Source: a virus (Duplodnaviria > Caudoviricetes). Taken from it: DNA of 40,284 nt. The position numbers and the translations under genes were made by a program. Positions 36,501 through 40,284 of this stretch are shown in pieces (within the stretch, counting starts at the first letter, position 1; every line of letters starts with the position of its first letter). The stretch lies in IMG/VR virus record IMGVR_UViG_3300027518_000018, positions 1-40,284 of that record; one strand, given 5' to 3'. Under the pieces are notes generated by a model. It was not told where the DNA came from. It did no database searches and saw nothing but the letters and a program-made list of their open reading frames with translations.

Positions 36501-37116
36501 AACAAGATCATTTATAGATCAGGTTATTGCTAAGACTCCTTTTGCTAAAGGTTACTTAGAAACAAAAAGAGATATATTAACTGGCGAACCTATTGAAAAG
36601 AAACCAACAGGATTAGTTATAAATCCAGATGGCGTAGCTTCTTTCTCTTTTTGGTTTATGGGACCAACAATGGTTGGAAAATCATCAGATGTTAAACAAG
36701 ATCCAGTATCTTATGAAGTTGCAAGACTTAAATTAACACTATCAGCACCAGAAACTAAAAAGTTTAAAGTTGATTTAACTGAATTTAAAAAAGGAGATCA
36801 AACTGCTTATGATTATTGGTTAGAACAGGTTGGTAAAGCTAAGGATTTTGATGGCACAACACTTAAACAAAAATTAGAAAATACATTTAAAACATCACAA
36901 TATAAATCAGCTAAAGAAGGTGATGAAACATTTGATGGTGGTAAAGAGTATATTGTTAAAAGAATATTTGAAGGTTATAAAAAATTAGCTTATGCTAATA
37001 TGTTACAGAAATATCCAGAAGTTAGAAAAGAAATAGAGAAATCACAAGGATATAAGTATCAAATGCTTACACCTTTAAAAGCTGGTGAAAAACAAATACC
37101 AAAAGGTTTAGAATAA
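33517..37116 (+). CDS. Large internal virion protein, gp16-like
   Basis: 1199 aa helical; PFIRTPTN, YNRMDP motifs; precedes fibre. Confidence 0.7.
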   Translation: MPTIDPALQEFFSTPDTPNKNINTPPVPVTETVAPEPKPTGKPQPVDPNLLNFFNEEKRNYEKIQPKQSGLVKDPKEDDFGFWRTVGDMTLSIPQGVVNAVEEQGDFLDENIVSLGGIEFGDKDGKLSFKDFIPQYVSPTRWKEKRYSEERQLPLFYKPKTLAGNITEGVSRFVTGFYTPNKFLKGAGLVGGFGVTALRGMAAGAVADLTVFDPNEGRLSDMLVEFDSPVLNNAVTQYLATDVEDTEMEGRLKNVLEGMIVGGVAEGVLFGIKAFKKAKATQNFDEKNAIYKEAGEAIKEVQAGNKTSPVVKKAIVDGNNAINVDELTKEFKIGEKTAKTDSESFIKKILNTKSFRNAEHVLKTIDDVADQFDDATKNFLENDVLRNDVAEELAKTLARNKDEILRALPKQTEAAKQGTVRMLASKMVLQEIARNLQDTSIKYIAQFGENEKLWTKEARQEIANYANLIQNVTYSLKEQIRGAARVTQAGRVQVGAVGGKVIDAEKAAQFVRLYNSNPIILAKKFSKGSLDEVIQNAGKTKYQKAIEVFNSAYINSLLSGVFTQAVNLKSGLYEALIRPMEQVIGGAIARDKKSIQLGFAQYRGMVTSFKDTWKAVGIALRQGDAVLDPLARTQDNLQIVNGKTVRPISAANLGFNGRVGTAVDWIGRVVELPSRLLITSDEFLKQVNYRGRLLSNALENTMELGLDITSKEGKKNIERILKEGFDENGLANIKNNPINEKALQYARESTFTNSLTNGSYLNWGSKIENFLRQSPEFRFIMPFIRTPTNLWRHFSNRVPGFGALTKQNQELWNSGDRRARAEVLGRQALGFAGTMYALDVALEYVETKDGMRLPKLTGNGPANFDIKKQWLSLGWQPYSFARQNSDGTVTYVQYNRMDPRFYVLGIMADLKENIANINDEDKSDIFGSAFLTVFKNVTNKTYLRGLSDVFEVLAEPTPKNISQFFGGVVGNIIPFVSFRSQGIPGILDPDKEALETRSFIDQVIAKTPFAKGYLETKRDILTGEPIEKKPTGLVINPDGVASFSFWFMGPTMVGKSSDVKQDPVSYEVARLKLTLSAPETKKFKVDLTEFKKGDQTAYDYWLEQVGKAKDFDGTTLKQKLENTFKTSQYKSAKEGDETFDGGKEYIVKRIFEGYKKLAYANMLQKYPEVRKEIEKSQGYKYQMLTPLKAGEKQIPKGLE

Positions 37117-37154
37117 TAATAGACATAGTGATTAAAATATAATAAAGGAACTTT

Positions 37155-38687
37155 ATGACAATATCTTCAACTACAGTTAAGAATAGTTACGCAGGTGATA
37201 ATTCTACAACTACGTTTTCATATACATTTAAGATATTCCAAGACTCAGATATTCAAGTAATTATACGTTCAGCTAATGGAACTGAAACAACTAAGACTAT
37301 TACAACTCACTATACTGTAACAGGTGCAGGTAACGCTGGTGGTGGATCAGTTATATTCACAGCTGGTAATATTCCAACATCAACTCAGACAGTTGTATTA
37401 AGACGTAACATTCCACAAACACAATCAATAGATTATATCGCTAACGATCCATTCCCTGCTGAATCTCATGAAGAAGGTTTAGACAGAGCAACAATGGCAA
37501 TTCAACAATTGCAAGAAGAAGTAACAAGATCTTTAAAATTATCTAAAACAAATACAATGACATCTACTGAGTTTACTGTAGGTGCTACAGATCGTGCTAA
37601 TAAAATTCTAGCATTTGATACTAATGGCGAATTATCAGTTACACAAGAGCTTGGAACTAACAGAGGTTCATGGAGTGCTGGAGTTACATACAATGCCAGA
37701 GATATTGTAAAAGATGGTTCTAACAATAACGTATATCTTTGTAATACAACTCACACATCTACAGGTACAACTCCAATCAGTTCTAATGCTGATGTAGCTA
37801 AATGGGATTTAATTGTTGATGCACAATCTGCTACAAACTCAGCTAATGCAGCTGCGAACTCTGCATCTAACAGTTCTAATTTTTCTAACAACTCATCTAA
37901 TTTTGCTAACGCATCTGCTAATCATGCATCAAATTCTAGTAATTTTGCAAACAATGCTTCTAATTCTGCTAATACAGCTTCAACTTATTTAGCTGATGTA
38001 AGTGCTAATGCTAATGCTGCCGCAAATTCTGCTAGCAATGCTTCTAACTTTGCAAACAATTCTAGTAACAGTGCAAACTCAGCATCAAATCATTCTAGTA
38101 ACTCAAGTAATTTTGCAAACAATTCTAGCAATAGTGCTAACACATCAGCAAACCACGCATCAAATTCTAGCAACTTTGCTAACAATAGTTCTAATAGTGC
38201 AAATGCTTCTAGTAATCATTCTGCCAATTCATCTAACTTCGCAAACAACAGTTCAAATCATGCGGCAAACAGCTCAAACTTTGCCAATGCTTCTAGCAAT
38301 CATGCAAGTAATTCATCTAATCATTCTGCTAATTCTAGTAACTTTGCTAATACATCTAGTAACCATGCAGCTAACTCAAGTAACTTTGCTAATAATTCTA
38401 GTAACTTTGCTAACACTGCTAGTAACGCAGCTAATGCGGCAAACAGTGCAAGAGATGCAGCTCTAGCCGCAACAGATAGTTTTGATGATACATATTTAGG
38501 TGCTAAAGCAAATGATCCTTCAGTAGATAATGATGGTGATCCTTTAAATGCTGGTGATCTTTACTTTAACACAACATCTAGTGTATTGAAATATTATACA
38601 GGTTCTGCTTGGTTAAATGTAGAGGCTACTGATACAAGCACTTTTGCAACAAAAGGTTTTGCTTTAGCTGTTTCTATTGCATTATAA
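37155..38687 (+). CDS. Tail fibre with T7 gp17-like N-terminal anchor and Asn-rich heptad stalk
   Basis: Y.GD.STTTFSYTFKIF..SDI.V, E.GLDRATM.IQQLQE; FDDTYLGAK..DP..DNDG..L..G.LYFNT; C-terminal GFALAVSIAL. Confidence 0.88.
   Translation: MTISSTTVKNSYAGDNSTTTFSYTFKIFQDSDIQVIIRSANGTETTKTITTHYTVTGAGNAGGGSVIFTAGNIPTSTQTVVLRRNIPQTQSIDYIANDPFPAESHEEGLDRATMAIQQLQEEVTRSLKLSKTNTMTSTEFTVGATDRANKILAFDTNGELSVTQELGTNRGSWSAGVTYNARDIVKDGSNNNVYLCNTTHTSTGTTPISSNADVAKWDLIVDAQSATNSANAAANSASNSSNFSNNSSNFANASANHASNSSNFANNASNSANTASTYLADVSANANAAANSASNASNFANNSSNSANSASNHSSNSSNFANNSSNSANTSANHASNSSNFANNSSNSANASSNHSANSSNFANNSSNHAANSSNFANASSNHASNSSNHSANSSNFANTSSNHAANSSNFANNSSNFANTASNAANAANSARDAALAATDSFDDTYLGAKANDPSVDNDGDPLNAGDLYFNTTSSVLKYYTGSAWLNVEATDTSTFATKGFALAVSIAL
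37830..38450 (+). repeat. Coding heptad (21-nt) repeat, consensus (F/H/S)ANNSSN
   Basis: FANNSSN-HAANSSN-FANASSN-HASNSSN-HSANSSN...; synonymous codons vary between units. Confidence 0.9.
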
Positions 38688-38748
38688 TGAAAAATATACT
38701 ATGGCTTTATTTCGTAAACTCAATAAAGAAATTTAAATAAGGATTTAA

Positions 38749-39075
38749 ATGGCACAAAATTTTAGAAGATACATAGCAAGAAACGTAACAACTTCTGCTA
38801 GTACATTATTAACTGCAAATAGTTACGATACAATTATAGGAATATCTATAGCTAACACAACTGCTTCAGCTGTTAATGCTTCAGTATATATTACATCAAG
38901 TGCTGCAGATTATTACATAGTAAAAAATGCACCAATTCCAGCAGGATCATCATTACAAGTTATTGATGGTGGTGCTAAATTCGTTCTTGAATCTGGTGAT
39001 GCACTAAAAGTAATTTCTGACACAGCTACATCTTTAGATGTAATTGTTAGTGCAGTTGACGATATTTCAACATAG
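38749..39075 (+). CDS. Conserved 108-aa virion protein (putative adaptor), paralog of 1821-2147
   Basis: MAQNFRRY...VSAVDDIS. Confidence 0.75.
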   Translation: MAQNFRRYIARNVTTSASTLLTANSYDTIIGISIANTTASAVNASVYITSSAADYYIVKNAPIPAGSSLQVIDGGAKFVLESGDALKVISDTATSLDVIVSAVDDIST

Positions 39076-39084
39076 GAATAAACA

Positions 39085-39654
39085 ATGCCTTTTATAGGAA
39101 ATACACCAGCACAAGTTCCTTTAACTTCTGCGGATATAGCTGATGGTATTATAACATCTGCAAAGATTGTAGATGGTACTATTGTCAATGCAGATATAAA
39201 TGCAAGTGCCGCAATCGCTTCTACAAAATTATCTGGTGTTGGTGCTACTGCTGGACAAGTTATTCAGGTTTTAGGTGCTACCGATTCAACACAAAGAAGT
39301 ACAACATCAACATCTTTTGTTACTGCTTCAAATACATTATCAGTAACAATTACTCCATCAGCAACTTCTAGTAAATTTGCAATATTTGCTACTCATTATG
39401 GTTATACTAATTCTGCTGTTGTTTTTTATACGATTTTTAAAGATTCAACCAATTTAGGTGGTTCAAATGGAATAGGATATATTGATACTTTTAATGCTGC
39501 AATAGATGGTGTTGTATCTTATTGTCATTTAGATTCACCAAATACAACTTCTGCAATAACTTACCAATGCTATATGAGAGTTTCTGGTGGAACTGGATAT
39601 ATGGGTTCTACTAATCGTGTAGCACAAATAATAGTAATGGAAATTAAAGGTTAA
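39085..39654 (+). CDS. Putative fibre-tip module
   Basis: N-terminus like 2161 (ITSAKIVDGTIVNADINAS), C-domain like 3231 (ITPS.TS.K...LDSP.TTS..TY...EIKG). Confidence 0.7.
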   Translation: MPFIGNTPAQVPLTSADIADGIITSAKIVDGTIVNADINASAAIASTKLSGVGATAGQVIQVLGATDSTQRSTTSTSFVTASNTLSVTITPSATSSKFAIFATHYGYTNSAVVFYTIFKDSTNLGGSNGIGYIDTFNAAIDGVVSYCHLDSPNTTSAITYQCYMRVSGGTGYMGSTNRVAQIIVMEIKG

Positions 39655-39656
39655 TT

Positions 39657-39947
39657 ATGAAAATAAATATTTGTACTGCAATAACTTCAATAAAAAAAGA
39701 TGCACAAGTTTCAGTATCAGGAGATGATATTAATACATTAATTTGGCATGATAATAATCCAACAAACATTACTAATCAACAAATACTAGATAAACAATCT
39801 GAATTACAATCATTAGAAGATGTTTATGAAAATAGACGTAAAGAATATGGAACTGTTGTATTTCAATTAGATGAGATTTATCATAATGGTTTAGATAGCT
39901 GGAAAGCTAGAATAGCTAATATTAAACTTAACAATCCTAAGGAATAG
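39657..39947 (+). CDS. Putative fibre assembly chaperone
   Basis: AQVSV..DIN...W, R..EY.....QLD..Y.....W...I..IK...PK; paralog of 3790. Confidence 0.65.
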   Translation: MKINICTAITSIKKDAQVSVSGDDINTLIWHDNNPTNITNQQILDKQSELQSLEDVYENRRKEYGTVVFQLDEIYHNGLDSWKARIANIKLNNPKE

Positions 39948-40019
39948 TATGCTGCATTTATGCTTCATGTTGAAATTCCTTGTAAAGACTGTTAATAAAA
40001 CTATAAGAGGAATTTAGAC

Positions 40020-40284
40020 ATGCCACTAACAAAAATACAATCACTAGGAATAACTGATGGCACAATAGTTAATGCCGATATTAATGCTAGTGCTGCAATA
40101 GCAACAACCAAATTAGGTGCTGGTGCTGTATTACAAGTTGTTTCAACAACTAAGACTGATACATTTACAACAACATCTACTTCATACACAGATATAACAG
40201 GAATGTCAGCTTCAATTACTCCTTCATCTACTAGTAATAAAATTTTAGTTTTAGTAGAAATAAATGGTGGTGCTTTAGACCAAG
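40020..40284 (+). CDS. Truncated fibre-tip gene, near-identical to 3231-3788
   Basis: MPLTKIQSLGITDGTIVNADINASAAIA...; runs off the window end. Confidence 0.8.
   Translation, partial: MPLTKIQSLGITDGTIVNADINASAAIATTKLGAGAVLQVVSTTKTDTFTTTSTSYTDITGMSASITPSSTSNKILVLVEINGGALDQ
40158..40284 (+). repeat. 127-bp exact repeat, copy 2 (of 3369-3495)
   Basis: Exact identity up to the last base. Confidence 0.95.

Noticed and set aside
38002-38466. 154-aa Leu/Ile-rich ORF
   Set aside because: Shadow frame of the Asn/Ser repeat; GTG start without RBS
40158-40284. Biological direct terminal repeat
   Set aside because: Partner is internal (3369), mid-gene, and exactly a common k-mer length; better explained as an assembly overlap
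1-40284. tRNA, rRNA, integrase, DNA/RNA polymerase or shufflon invertase
   Set aside because: None recognised by eye; all cassette repeats are direct rather than inverted. tRNAscan-SE and HMM searches would be needed to exclude them formally

Overview
AT-rich, near-complete genome of a T7-structure-type podovirus with no DNA or RNA polymerase, resembling HTVC010P-like SAR11/LD12 pelagiphages (host and lineage are inferred, not searched). Late module: TerL, portal, scaffold, major capsid, tail tubes A/B, internal virion proteins and a gp17-like fibre with an Asn-rich heptad stalk. Modular 'fibre tip + chaperone' cassettes sit at both window ends, followed at left by a GT-A glycosyltransferase, lysis genes and a run of tiny basic ORFs. 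The leftward early operon encodes an exonuclease, an SSAP, an SSB-like protein, DUF6378 and a DnaA domain-IV protein. The rightward operon encodes a Cro-like HTH, a PAPS-reductase-like enzyme, a TAGT/GREB1-like glycosyltransferase, an iteron-containing replication initiator and TerS. Three free-standing HNH endonucleases are present. The last 127 bp exactly repeat 3369-3495, suggesting a ~36.8 kb circle plus a second or alternative tail arm (1-3368). Leading candidate novel systems: (1) an interchangeable receptor-binding cassette; (2) a structured RNA at 11570-11632 whose two loops are antisense to a recurring ACAAC..AAAGG..AUGAAA translation-start motif; (3) a TET-less TAGT plus PP-loop DNA-modification cluster. 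All family assignments come from motif recognition only.
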